Made by a program: the position numbers and the translations under genes. Below the pieces are notes generated by a model. The model ran no database searches, was not told where the DNA came from, and saw only the letters and a list, made by a program, of their open reading frames with translations. From Clostridia bacterium (GTDB taxonomy: Bacteria; Bacillota; Clostridia; TANB77; CAG-465), in assembly GCA_017521005.1 (NCBI GenBank), contig JAFXEC010000011.1:16450-80449 (forward strand): a stretch of DNA of 64,000 nt, written 5' to 3'. Positions within the stretch are counted from its first letter, which is position 1. Every line of letters begins with the position of its first letter. This document shows, piece by piece, positions 10,768 through 20,141 of this stretch.

Positions 10768-11538
10768 GTGGCAAAAGTAATAGCAATAGCAAATCAAAAG
10801 GGTGGCGTAGGTAAGACTACAACAGCAATCAACTTAAGTGCTTGTGTTGCAGAAAGAGGAAAGAAAGTATTATTAATAGATATAGATCCACAAGGTAATG
10901 CTACTAGTGGTGTTGGTATAGCTAAACAACCAACAGATAAGTCTGTATACGATGTAATAATAAATGAAGATAAAATGGTTGACATAATAAAACCAACAGT
11001 GGTTAAAAAATTATTTATATGTCCATCAAGTATAAATCTTGCAGCAGCAGAGGTTGAACTAGTTCCTTTAATGGCACGTGAAACAAGACTTAAGAAAGCA
11101 ATAGAAGAATTAGAAGAAACTCAACAATATGATTATATATTTATGGATTGTCCACCATCATTAGGACTCGTAACATTAAACGCATTTGCAGCAGCAGACA
11201 GTGTCCTTGTTCCGATTCAATCAGAATATTATGCGTTAGAAGGGTTAGGACAACTTGTAAATACTATTAAGCTTGTTAAGAAGAATTTAAATCCAGATCT
11301 AGAGATTGAAGGCGTTGTAATGACTATGTTTGATTCTAGAACTAGATTGTCTACTCAAGTAGCAGAGGAAGTTGTGAAATATTTTGGAAACAAAGTATTT
11401 GAAACAATGATACCAAGAAATATTAGACTTAGTGAAGCACCAAGCCATGGATTACCAATTACAATATATGATCCATTATCTAAAGGTGCTAGAACATACA
11501 AGAAACTAGCAAAAGAATTATTAAATAATAATAAATAG
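10768..11538 (+). CDS. soj: Chromosome partitioning ATPase Soj/ParA (GTG start)
   Basis: VAKVIAIANQKGGVGKTT deviant Walker A. AAGAGGTG RBS before the GTG at 10768. Confidence 0.93.
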   Translation: MAKVIAIANQKGGVGKTTTAINLSACVAERGKKVLLIDIDPQGNATSGVGIAKQPTDKSVYDVIINEDKMVDIIKPTVVKKLFICPSSINLAAAEVELVPLMARETRLKKAIEELEETQQYDYIFMDCPPSLGLVTLNAFAAADSVLVPIQSEYYALEGLGQLVNTIKLVKKNLNPDLEIEGVVMTMFDSRTRLSTQVAEEVVKYFGNKVFETMIPRNIRLSEAPSHGLPITIYDPLSKGARTYKKLAKELLNNNK

Positions 11539-11554
11539 AACGTAGGAGGAAGTT

Positions 11555-12436
11555 ATGGGAACTAGTAAAGGTTTAGGAAGAGGATTAAATGCGTTATTTG
11601 ATGATATAGAAGAGGTTAAGAGTGTAACAACAAAGGAAAAGAAAAAGGTATTAGATAGTGTAGTTGAGCTTAATGTTACAGATGTAGAACCAATGCCTAA
11701 TCAGCCAAGAAAAGTATTTGATGAAAAAAAATTAGAAGAACTTGCAGATTCGGTAAGAGAACATGGTGTTATTCAACCAATTATCGTAGAAAAAGCAGAT
11801 GAGGGTTACCATATAGTAGCAGGTGAAAGAAGATGGAGAGCTGCTAAGATAGTTGGACTTAAAACAATACCAGCTATAGTTAAAGATTATACGGAATCTA
11901 AAAGAAAGCAAGTTGCTTTAATCGAAAATATACAAAGAGAAGATCTTAATGTAATGGAAGTTGCTAGAGCATTAAAAGAGCTTATGGAAATAGATGAGTA
12001 TACAGTAACAGAGGTAGCTAAAGTAACAGGTAAGAGTCAATCAGCTGTTTCTAACATAGTTAGACTTCTAAAATTAACTCCTGAAGTTCAAGAGTATGTT
12101 CTAGATGGAAAACTTGTTGAAGGACAAGCAAGAGCTCTTCTTACAATAGAAGATGCAGAAGAACAAGTAAGAGTTGCTAAAAAAGTTATTGAAAAGAAAC
12201 TTACTGTTAGAGAAGTTGAAAAACTTATTTATGAAGATGCAAATAAATATAATGTGAAAAAGAAGAAGGTAGCTAAGAAAAGTAGCCTTTATAAAGCTGT
12301 AGAAGACAAATTAAGCGAGTATTTTGGAATGAAGGTAAAAGTAGATGCCTCAAAACAAAATCAACGCCTAATTATCGAATACTACAATAACGAAGGATTA
12401 GAAAGTATACTTGAAAAGCTAGAAATAGAACTATAA
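11555..12436 (+). CDS. spo0J: Chromosome partitioning protein Spo0J/ParB
   Basis: ParB box GERRWRAAK. HTH region follows soj. Confidence 0.93.
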   Translation: MGTSKGLGRGLNALFDDIEEVKSVTTKEKKKVLDSVVELNVTDVEPMPNQPRKVFDEKKLEELADSVREHGVIQPIIVEKADEGYHIVAGERRWRAAKIVGLKTIPAIVKDYTESKRKQVALIENIQREDLNVMEVARALKELMEIDEYTVTEVAKVTGKSQSAVSNIVRLLKLTPEVQEYVLDGKLVEGQARALLTIEDAEEQVRVAKKVIEKKLTVREVEKLIYEDANKYNVKKKKVAKKSSLYKAVEDKLSEYFGMKVKVDASKQNQRLIIEYYNNEGLESILEKLEIEL

Positions 12437-12463
12437 ATGTAATAATAAAAGAAGGTGAAAGTC

Positions 12464-13033
12464 ATGATGAGTATATTAGAAAATGTGAAATATGAACATA
12501 TAGCAATACTTACCCTTTTTGTAATAACGGTAGTAAATTTAATTTTACTATTAAAGAATAATAAAAAGGTTAAGAAATACAAAGAACAATATGAAAAAGT
12601 ATTAGCTAAGTTCAATTCAAAAGTAGATATACAGGATGACTTTCAATCTATTTATGACAGATTAAACGCTGTTGAGAAAAAATCTGAAGAAACTGTGGAA
12701 ACTGTGAATAAGTATATAAATAAAATAAAGAGTAATGTGCAAAAAGTAGGATTTATAAAATACAACGCTTATGATGAGACAGAAAACAAATTAAGTTTCG
12801 CATTGGCGCTCTTAGATGATTATAATAATGGAGTATTGATAAATCATATATATTCCAAACACGGCTCTAATATATATGCAAAATTAGTAACAGAATCTAA
12901 AGTTGAGGATAGAATTTCAGAAGAAGAAGGCTTAGCACTTCAAATGGCAATAGATGATAAAGACTTTAAGTTAAGAATAGTAGGGGAAGTAAAAGAAAAT
13001 AATAAAAAGAAGAAAAGAAACAAAAGAGTATAG
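12464..13033 (+). CDS. DUF4446-family protein typically encoded after parB
   Basis: N-terminal TM. ...FIKYNAYDE...SFALALLDDYNNGVLINHIY... pattern. Conserved position after spo0J in Firmicutes. Confidence 0.6.
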   Translation: MMSILENVKYEHIAILTLFVITVVNLILLLKNNKKVKKYKEQYEKVLAKFNSKVDIQDDFQSIYDRLNAVEKKSEETVETVNKYINKIKSNVQKVGFIKYNAYDETENKLSFALALLDDYNNGVLINHIYSKHGSNIYAKLVTESKVEDRISEEEGLALQMAIDDKDFKLRIVGEVKENNKKKKRNKRV

Positions 13034-13044
13034 GGGGAAAACAT

Positions 13045-13620
13045 ATGAAAATGGATTTTAGAGGCGTGCCAGGTATGGGAAAATCAATAGAAGAAAAAAT
13101 GAAAGAGTACAATGAAGTAAAAGATGCTATACAAAATTTAAGTAAGAATAAAGAAAAAAACAAAAGAGAAACAAATGCTCAATTAGCGATGACACCTTGG
13201 GGGACTGTAATACTAGTTGCTTTGATTTGTATATTAGTTGGTTCGTTGGTATTTTATCTTGGAATAAATAATATAAAAAGATCAATAGCAAATGCAGATG
13301 ATAAAGTATATATCACAGCTGAAATAGATTATGTAAGATCTAGATATAGTTCTAATGGCGGATCAGAATTAGATATTGAATATTATATTAATGGTAAAAG
13401 ATATGAAGATAAAATAGAAACCTCTAGAGACAGAGACCAATTTATGAAAGGACAACCTATACAAGTTTATTATTATAAAGATAATCCATATAATATATAT
13501 CTTGTTTCTGAGGAAATAGGTGGTTATATTCTTCCGATTGTAGGTGTAATATTTATAATAGTAGGATTTGCAGCAATATTTGCAAAAATCAAAGCAGGAA
13601 ATATAAAAAGAAAAAGATAA
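13045..13620 (+). CDS. Membrane protein, DUF3592-like topology (TM-domain-TM)
   Basis: Two hydrophobic segments flank a soluble domain. Strong RBS. Confidence 0.4.
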   Translation: MKMDFRGVPGMGKSIEEKMKEYNEVKDAIQNLSKNKEKNKRETNAQLAMTPWGTVILVALICILVGSLVFYLGINNIKRSIANADDKVYITAEIDYVRSRYSSNGGSELDIEYYINGKRYEDKIETSRDRDQFMKGQPIQVYYYKDNPYNIYLVSEEIGGYILPIVGVIFIIVGFAAIFAKIKAGNIKRKR

Positions 13621-13635
13621 AAAGTAAAAAAAGTC

Positions 13636-13663
13636 TTGACATTAATTATAAATTTGGTATAAT
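13636..13663 (+). promoter_or_regulatory. Promoter for the tRNA-Ser genes
   Basis: TTGACA, 16 nt spacer, TATAAT, ending about 15 nt before the tRNA. Confidence 0.6.
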
Positions 13664-13678
13664 TAGTCATGTACTTAA

Positions 13679-13767
13679 GGAAGAGTGTCCGAGTGGTTTA
13701 AGGAGCCAGTCTTGAAAACTGGTGATGTCGAAAGGCACCGTGGGTTCGAATCCTACCTCTTCCGCCA
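13679..13767 (+). tRNA. tRNA-Ser (anticodon TGA), type II with long variable arm, CCA encoded
   Basis: GGAAGAGTGTCCGAGTGGTTTAAGGAGCCAGTCTTGAAAACTGG...GGTTCGAATCCTACCTCTTCCGCCA. Anticodon loop CT-TGA-AA. Confidence 0.9.
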
Positions 13768-13801
13768 CATAAAGGAAGCTTAAGGCTTCCTTAATTTATA
13801 T

Positions 13802-13894
13802 GGAGAGTTACCCAAGAGGCCGAAGGGGACTGTTTGCTAAACAGTTAGTGTCCAAATTCGGGCAGCGAGGGTTCGAATCCCTCACTCTCCGCCA
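13802..13894 (+). tRNA. tRNA-Ser (anticodon GCT), type II, CCA encoded
   Basis: GGAGAGTTACCCAAGAGGCCGAAGGGGACTGTTTGCTAAACAGT...GGTTCGAATCCCTCACTCTCCGCCA. Anticodon loop TT-GCT-AA. Confidence 0.88.
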
Positions 13895-13899
13895 AACAT

Positions 13900-13940
13900 A
13901 GACGACAAGATTTCAAAATCTTGTCGTTGTTTGTTTTTTA
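13900..13940 (+). terminator. Rho-independent terminator after the tRNAs
   Basis: GACGACAAGATTTCAAAATCTTGTCGT hairpin followed by TGTTTGTTTTTT. Confidence 0.7.
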
Positions 13941-14009
13941 TATTGTTAAAAAGTTAAGTATATGATACTATATAGATACAGTTTGACTAATAATGATAGG
14001 AGAGAGTTT

Positions 14010-14930
14010 ATGAAAGAGTGTTTCCATTTTACAAAAAGTAAATATCTAAGAACTATTTTAGAACAAGGCTTACAACCAACTTTTGGAACCAATTGCTCTA
14101 TAATAGGTGATCAAGTAGGGGCAAAGGTTTCGTATTCTGTGGGATCCCAAGGCGCAACAAAAATGTTTACAGGAGTACATGGAATATATTCTAGAATGGC
14201 TGAGGGACGTGTTAATGAAGAGGGCTTTGATGAGCATAGTTTAAAAGCTATTCATGAACTTCAACAAGCTAAAGACTTTGAAGATTGGGAAGGTCAAGGA
14301 GTATACTTAGTGTTTGATGGCGAGTGTATTGCCGAAGAACATAGAGTAGAAACAAAACCATATGATGCATATACAGATATGCCAATTTCACCTGAACAAT
14401 TAAGAGTATGTGTAATAAGAAATAAGGAAACTGGAGAAGTTATTTCATCAAAATACGATATCGTGAACTTTTGGTTGGCAAGAGAACAAGAGGAAACTGG
14501 TATTTTCTATAGAATGGATTATGAGGAGAGAATTGAAGAGTTTAAATCAGATAAATATGAAATGGAGTATGTAGAATTAGCTAGATTTTGTGAGTTGCAT
14601 CCGGAATTGTTAGGTGAAGAAAGAGATATTCAAACCACATTACCACAGGTAATAGATGAATCGAAATCCAAATTTGGATTTAAAAAGATTGCTGAAATAT
14701 TTGGAAAAATAAAAAACAAAATAAAAAGTGCTTTTATAAAAGGCGAAACGGCAGAACATAGTAATCCAGAAGGGAACTTTAGTGATGTAGAACTTGCTGG
14801 TGGAGATACTTTTATGGAAAAACTTAAACATGAAAGTAAGACTATAGAAGAGTCAGCAACAGAAATAATAGAAAGTGAAGAAGAAGTAAAAAGCAAGTCA
14901 GTCGAACCTCAAACGCCTGAAGAAATATAA
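14010..14930 (+). CDS. Hypothetical protein (acidic C-terminus)
   Basis: AGGAGAGAG RBS before MKECFHFTKSKYLRTILEQGLQP.... No recognised motif. Confidence 0.5.
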   Translation: MKECFHFTKSKYLRTILEQGLQPTFGTNCSIIGDQVGAKVSYSVGSQGATKMFTGVHGIYSRMAEGRVNEEGFDEHSLKAIHELQQAKDFEDWEGQGVYLVFDGECIAEEHRVETKPYDAYTDMPISPEQLRVCVIRNKETGEVISSKYDIVNFWLAREQEETGIFYRMDYEERIEEFKSDKYEMEYVELARFCELHPELLGEERDIQTTLPQVIDESKSKFGFKKIAEIFGKIKNKIKSAFIKGETAEHSNPEGNFSDVELAGGDTFMEKLKHESKTIEESATEIIESEEEVKSKSVEPQTPEEI

Positions 14931-15010
14931 CAAGTATAATAAAAGATGTAAATTAAGAACCGTCTCAGCAATAGCTGAAACGGTTCGTTTTGATTTTTTG
15001 GGAGTATCTC

Positions 15011-15640
15011 TTAGTTCAAAGGTTGCATCTCGTTCGAATCGAAATAAAGAAAATATTCTTTACCCTCAGTGTCAATCCAGTAGGTTCTATCAAATTTGGT
15101 GTTAGGAAATGTGATTTGAGCATATCCATATTCGTTGAAGCAACTCATGTGTTTATACTTTATTTCACAAATTTCATCTCCATGACGGTTAATAAAACCA
15201 AACTTACCATCAAGTTCAACAACAGCAAAGCCATAGAAGAAATCATGAATTCTATCATAAGTTCTTTTGGTAAGAGTTTCAAATTTGTTGTTAATAAGCA
15301 ACCATTTCATATTTTCATCTCTTACCCAGGCAACTCCGTTATTAAAATCACAGGCGGCAGTGTAATTGAAGGGGCACATTTCTTCACCGTTAGTGTTAAT
15401 GTAACCAAATCCCAAACATTCACACTGTGTGCCACAAACATCAATAAATTTTCCGTTTGGAGCACCAACAACTGCAAATCCTTCCCAAAAAGCTCCAAGG
15501 CTTTTGTTCACTGGGAATTCATATTTGATTTCACAGATTTCTTTTCCACTCTCATCAATAAATCCCCACTTATGACCAATTCTTACTGCAGCGTATCCAT
15601 CATAGAACTTAGATACATAATCATATTTCTTGTTATCCAT
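15011..15640 (-). CDS. WG-repeat (KWG) containing protein
   Basis: Repeated ...WGFIDESGKEI... and ...GKFGFINRHGDEI... modules. GC-rich. Confidence 0.6.
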   Translation of the reverse strand: MDNKKYDYVSKFYDGYAAVRIGHKWGFIDESGKEICEIKYEFPVNKSLGAFWEGFAVVGAPNGKFIDVCGTQCECLGFGYINTNGEEMCPFNYTAACDFNNGVAWVRDENMKWLLINNKFETLTKRTYDRIHDFFYGFAVVELDGKFGFINRHGDEICEIKYKHMSCFNEYGYAQITFPNTKFDRTYWIDTEGKEYFLYFDSNEMQPLN

Positions 15641-15681
15641 GCCTTCGTCCTTTTCTTAGTTTAATGTAAAGTGTATGTTGC

Positions 15682-16449
15682 TCATTCGAAGATAAGATGT
15701 GAGATAACATTTGCAATTTCGGGCTTAGTGTTGCATCTATGAAGAACACCATCCTTGTTAATAATCATTGCAAAGTGCTTTCCACCGCCGATTCTATCAA
15801 GCAGATTGGCTACGATATAATCCGCATTGTTTTTATGAAGAAGTTTATTTGCAACATCAAAGAGTTCTTCTTCGCTTACGCCTTCAAGGAGTTTGAAACC
15901 GATAAGTTTGGTGTCAGGGCTCCATTTTTTGATACGTGAAATAACCTTAGGGGTAAGATCAAGCATAACCATAAGGTTTGGCTCATACGAAGAAATCTTG
16001 CTTTCGTCGTGAAGAACTGCTTTAGGTGCGGTGAAAATATTCATAAGTTTTTCACGTTTTTCCTTTTCAGAAAGATTTGTAAAATCTTCGTGAAGAATTT
16101 CTTCTACAATGTCTTCTGCACGAACAACATATCTGCCTTTGTAGTCTCCAACTGCAGCGGAGTGGACGATTGCATCAATTCTGTAATTTGCAAAGAGATT
16201 ATCCAAAGCGTGAATAAGATCATCTGTGGACTCAACCGTGATAAATCTTACCTTATCACTTTGTATTCTAGGCTTATATGAAAGCTTAGTAGAGATATAG
16301 AAAAGATTTTCGATTTCATCTCCAAAGTTGGTAAGAACTGTGTCTGCAATGATGCTGCCAAGAGCACCTGTAGACATGTTCGTAATTTTCATCACAGCAT
16401 CGATTCTTTCGTTTGTAGGGCCGGCGTCAATAATAATGTTCTTTTTCAT
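15682..16449 (-). CDS. CoaB-like phosphopantothenate--cysteine ligase family (DFP domain) protein
   Basis: IIIDAGPTNERIDAVMKITNMSTGALGSII resembles the CoaB AGPT.E.ID.VR.I.N.S.G motif. GGAGG sits inside the upstream ATG, so the start is placed at MKKNIII. Confidence 0.6.
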   Translation of the reverse strand: MKKNIIIDAGPTNERIDAVMKITNMSTGALGSIIADTVLTNFGDEIENLFYISTKLSYKPRIQSDKVRFITVESTDDLIHALDNLFANYRIDAIVHSAAVGDYKGRYVVRAEDIVEEILHEDFTNLSEKEKREKLMNIFTAPKAVLHDESKISSYEPNLMVMLDLTPKVISRIKKWSPDTKLIGFKLLEGVSEEELFDVANKLLHKNNADYIVANLLDRIGGGKHFAMIINKDGVLHRCNTKPEIANVISHLIFE

Positions 16450-16463
16450 AATATTTTCCTCCA

Positions 16464-17321
16464 TTAAATTAAATTTTTTGTAACTACACCACAGGGTGTG
16501 TTAAGATAGTTATCGCTTCTTCCAAATCTAGAGATTTCACGTCCAATTGCGTATTTCCCATATGCAAAAGAAGGAGTATCTTTATCTAGTGTAAGAATGC
16601 TTGCATTATGGTCAAGAGATTCAATACCTTCTTCCTTCATCCAGTCCTTTTCGTGGTATTGGATAGGGCCGAAGATATAACTTCTGCCATAACGATTAGT
16701 TTCATCACCGCGAATTCTATTAGCTACAAAAGAGTAAATAAATTCGTTATGATTGTGGATTGCGCGGGATTCATCCATAAAGACTGTTGGATTAGAATTG
16801 CTACAAGGAACGATAAATCCAAACAAATCTTTAGAAAGTTCATAATCCCTTGAGATAAGATAAGCTGTCTCATAGTACTCCAGACAGTTAAGGATATATA
16901 TTTTATTTCCTTTCACGTGGAATTCATGTTCATGAAGATAATCTTTAATGAATTCATTTGGAGTAATCTTTGGTGCAAACCTTACCATTGGTTCACTTCC
17001 GCAAGGGAATCGCTTGGCTATAAGATAGAGTTCACCATTTTGATAAATCGTAGTGTAGTTGGTTGATCCTGCGTAGATGCTACCAAATACAATTAACTTA
17101 CCTGTTTTAGAAAGCTCTAACATTACATCTGCATATTCCTTAGTTGCAGACATTTCCGGAAAAACAACGATGTCTGGGTTGGTTTCTCTTATGATTTCGA
17201 TACATCTTTCGATTTGCTTGTGGTAAAGGTCGTCTACGACGAGATAGTCCTTTTCATGTGTACATTTGATGTGTAATTTCAACTGAAATACAAGTACTGC
17301 TAAATAATTATTTGTTAGCAT
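16464..17321 (-). CDS. Carbon-nitrogen hydrolase (nitrilase superfamily) protein
   Basis: VVFPE catalytic Glu motif and ...ILNCLEYYE... nitrilase-type Cys motif. GGAGGTG RBS. Confidence 0.55.
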   Translation of the reverse strand: MLTNNYLAVLVFQLKLHIKCTHEKDYLVVDDLYHKQIERCIEIIRETNPDIVVFPEMSATKEYADVMLELSKTGKLIVFGSIYAGSTNYTTIYQNGELYLIAKRFPCGSEPMVRFAPKITPNEFIKDYLHEHEFHVKGNKIYILNCLEYYETAYLISRDYELSKDLFGFIVPCSNSNPTVFMDESRAIHNHNEFIYSFVANRIRGDETNRYGRSYIFGPIQYHEKDWMKEEGIESLDHNASILTLDKDTPSFAYGKYAIGREISRFGRSDNYLNTPCGVVTKNLI

Positions 17322-17458
17322 ATTATCACCTCCACTAACAGTATAACGCTGTAAACGTCATAACACAAATACATAATATTTATATAAACCATAACTTACA
17401 GTTATGGAAATCTTGAATAACACTTTATAAAGTAGTATAATTATTTTGGTGATATGAT

Positions 17459-18361
17459 ATGGGAAATGATATAGATTTAAACTTATACAAGGTATTTTAT
17501 ACAGTAGCAACTGTGGGGAATATAACTAAAGCAGCAGAGGAATTATATATTTCACAACCTGCTGTAACAAAAGCAATACATACATTAGAAACAAATTTAG
17601 GCGGGGTGCTGTTTATACGTACTAAAAAAGGTGTTACTTTAACAGAAGAGGGGAAAGTATTACTTAGCTATGTGAAGAATATACTAACTGAGGCTAGAAA
17701 CGCGGAGAATAAATTTAATTCGTTAATTAAACTTGAAGAAGGTAAGATTAGAATAGGTGCAAGTGCTACGGTATCTAAACACTTCTTAATGCCGTATATA
17801 GCGGAATTTCACAAAATGTACCCTAATATAGATATTGAAATAACAAATGAACTTACTATCAATTTAATAAGCGATTTAAGAAATGGTTACGTGGATTTTC
17901 TGGTTACTAACTTACCTACTAAAGAAGTATTAGATATGGATATAACAGTTTGTGCAAAACTTCATGATACATTTGCAGTAAGTGAGAAGTACTTAAAAAA
18001 AGAGGATAAAGAATATACGTTAAATGAAATTTTAGAGCATAAAATAGTAACACAAAAAGAACCGTCTAATACAAGAGCTTTCTTAAATAATTATATGAAA
18101 AGTAACGGAATTGAGTTTAAGCCAGATATTGAAATAGTAAGCTATGCCTTAGTAACTGAGTTTATAAAAGCGGGATTTGGAATAGGATATATAACTAAAG
18201 AATTTGCAAAACAAGAATTAGAAACTAATGAAATATACGAGCTTAAAGTTACACCAAGAATAGAAGAAAGAGAACTCGGAATAGTTACATTAAAAAATAG
18301 CGCATTAAACTATGCTGCAAGTAAATTTGTAGAAATAATATTGAAAGATATTAATAAATAG
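17459..18361 (+). CDS. LysR-family transcriptional regulator
   Basis: N-terminal HTH ...ITKAAEELYISQPAVTKAIHTLE.... Divergent to the minus-strand operon. Confidence 0.85.
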   Translation: MGNDIDLNLYKVFYTVATVGNITKAAEELYISQPAVTKAIHTLETNLGGVLFIRTKKGVTLTEEGKVLLSYVKNILTEARNAENKFNSLIKLEEGKIRIGASATVSKHFLMPYIAEFHKMYPNIDIEITNELTINLISDLRNGYVDFLVTNLPTKEVLDMDITVCAKLHDTFAVSEKYLKKEDKEYTLNEILEHKIVTQKEPSNTRAFLNNYMKSNGIEFKPDIEIVSYALVTEFIKAGFGIGYITKEFAKQELETNEIYELKVTPRIEERELGIVTLKNSALNYAASKFVEIILKDINK

Positions 18362-18417
18362 ATTATTGTGTTTTTAAATTTTTTGTTCTAGAATATATAT
18401 GTACAAAGGAGAAAGAA

Positions 18418-19296
18418 ATGATAGATTTACATATGCATACTAAAAATTCTGATGGTAGTGATACAGTAAGAAATCTTTTGAAGTTATGCGAAGAAAAAGA
18501 ATTAGAAATAATATCTATAACAGATCATGACACTTGTAAAAGCTATGAGGATATAAAGAAATTCGATTATAAAAGTTTGTATTCTGGAAAAATAATAGTT
18601 GGCTGTGAAATAACAACATCATACAAAGGAAGAATAGTAGAAATTTTAGGTTATGGAGTAAATCCAGAGGTTATAAACGAATACATGTTAAATTACTATA
18701 CCCCAAAGCACAAACTTGCTAGAAAGCGTTATATGGCCGCTAGAATGGTGAAGAATTTACAACATGATGGATTTGATATAGATATGAGAGATATAGATTT
18801 TTCTGGTTACCCAGAGCATCAAGCATATGACTATTTAAAAGCACATAAAGAACAAGCAGTTAAAGTTTATGGTGAACATTTACTAGACTCACTTAAGAAT
18901 TTTTTTAGAGATGGAGTAGTAAATCCAGAGCATCATTTGTTTATAGATTTATCTAAGTTTAGTCCTAGTGTAGAAGAAACATTGGCCTTAATAAAGAAGG
19001 CAAATGGAATAGCAATTCTTGCACATCCATATCAATATGCTTTTGATAATACTATAGATTTTCTAAATGAATTTACAGAAAAGTATAAAATTGATGGGGT
19101 AGAAGTGTATCACTCAACATTTACTAATGCACAAATGAATGAAATAGAAAAATGGGCAAGAGAACACAACATGATGATGTCTGGTGGCAGTGATTATCAT
19201 GGAACAGTTAAGCCGGGTATAGAACTAGGGACGGGAATGAATCATAATTTGAATATAAATAGAGCTATATTTTATAACTGGACGAGAAATAAATAA
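18418..19296 (+). CDS. PHP-domain metal-dependent phosphoesterase
   Basis: MIDLHMHTKNSDGS... PHP motif. Confidence 0.8.
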   Translation: MIDLHMHTKNSDGSDTVRNLLKLCEEKELEIISITDHDTCKSYEDIKKFDYKSLYSGKIIVGCEITTSYKGRIVEILGYGVNPEVINEYMLNYYTPKHKLARKRYMAARMVKNLQHDGFDIDMRDIDFSGYPEHQAYDYLKAHKEQAVKVYGEHLLDSLKNFFRDGVVNPEHHLFIDLSKFSPSVEETLALIKKANGIAILAHPYQYAFDNTIDFLNEFTEKYKIDGVEVYHSTFTNAQMNEIEKWAREHNMMMSGGSDYHGTVKPGIELGTGMNHNLNINRAIFYNWTRNK

Positions 19297-19361
19297 AGAT
19301 AAAAAGAGTAACAGTTTGTATACTGTTACTCTTTTTTATAACTATTTGATAACAATACTAA

Positions 19362-20141
19362 TTATTTTTTAGTATCTTTTTTATCTTTATTGTTCTTTTT
19401 ATCTTCCTTTTCTGCAAGTGCAGCTAAAAGATTTGTGTATTTATCCATAAACTTATCATGTGCGGCTTGTGGTATTTCTAAATCAAATGGTTTGAACTCA
19501 AAATTCTTGTCTTTACGTGAAATTAATTCTTTTACAAAGAATTCCAGTAGTTTAGGGTTTCGCGCAAGGATAGGACCAAGCAAGTATGTGCCACGGAAAC
19601 TATTGTGCTTGAAACCTTCTACTCCAGAGTCTTTTTCAGCACCATAACCCTTGATTATTTCAAACATAGGAAGGGACACCTTTCTTAAAATTCCTTGATG
19701 GTTTTCAAAACCTAGGATTAAATCATCTACTTTTTTATGTTTGAATACACATTCAGAAACTTTTCTTTCTTTTGTTCTTTCTGTGAAATAATGAAATATT
19801 CCGAGAGTTTCTACTTTGTTTTCGCCATCTTGTATATGTGTACCAAATAATTCTACTGAATTACCAGTTACTAAGAAGAATTTACCACCCAATACGGCTT
19901 GGGAAATAGCAGGTAAATATTTTTTTAGGTAATCTAAAGCTAGTAATTGGTTTGCTTCAGTTCCGGCACCTATATATACAAGATCTAAATCTCCAAGGTA
20001 AAGCTCGTCATTTAGAGATATCTCTTTAATTTCAACTTCTATACCTTGTTTTTCTAGAGCATATTTAAGTGCTAGTATGTTTCCGCTTTCACCATAAAGG
20101 TTAAGTATATCGTAAAATAAATGTCCAATTGTTATTTTCAT
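19362..20141 (-). CDS. gatD: Lipid II isoglutaminyl synthase glutaminase subunit GatD (class I GATase-like)
   Basis: CobQ/GatD-like GATase fold. Overlaps the murT stop (TAATG). Confidence 0.8.
   Translation of the reverse strand: MKITIGHLFYDILNLYGESGNILALKYALEKQGIEVEIKEISLNDELYLGDLDLVYIGAGTEANQLLALDYLKKYLPAISQAVLGGKFFLVTGNSVELFGTHIQDGENKVETLGIFHYFTERTKERKVSECVFKHKKVDDLILGFENHQGILRKVSLPMFEIIKGYGAEKDSGVEGFKHNSFRGTYLLGPILARNPKLLEFFVKELISRKDKNFEFKPFDLEIPQAAHDKFMDKYTNLLAALAEKEDKKNNKDKKDTKK

Noticed and set aside
11070-11090. parS half-site GCACGTGAAACA inside soj
   Set aside because: Only the right half of the palindrome matches, so this is probably a chance occurrence.
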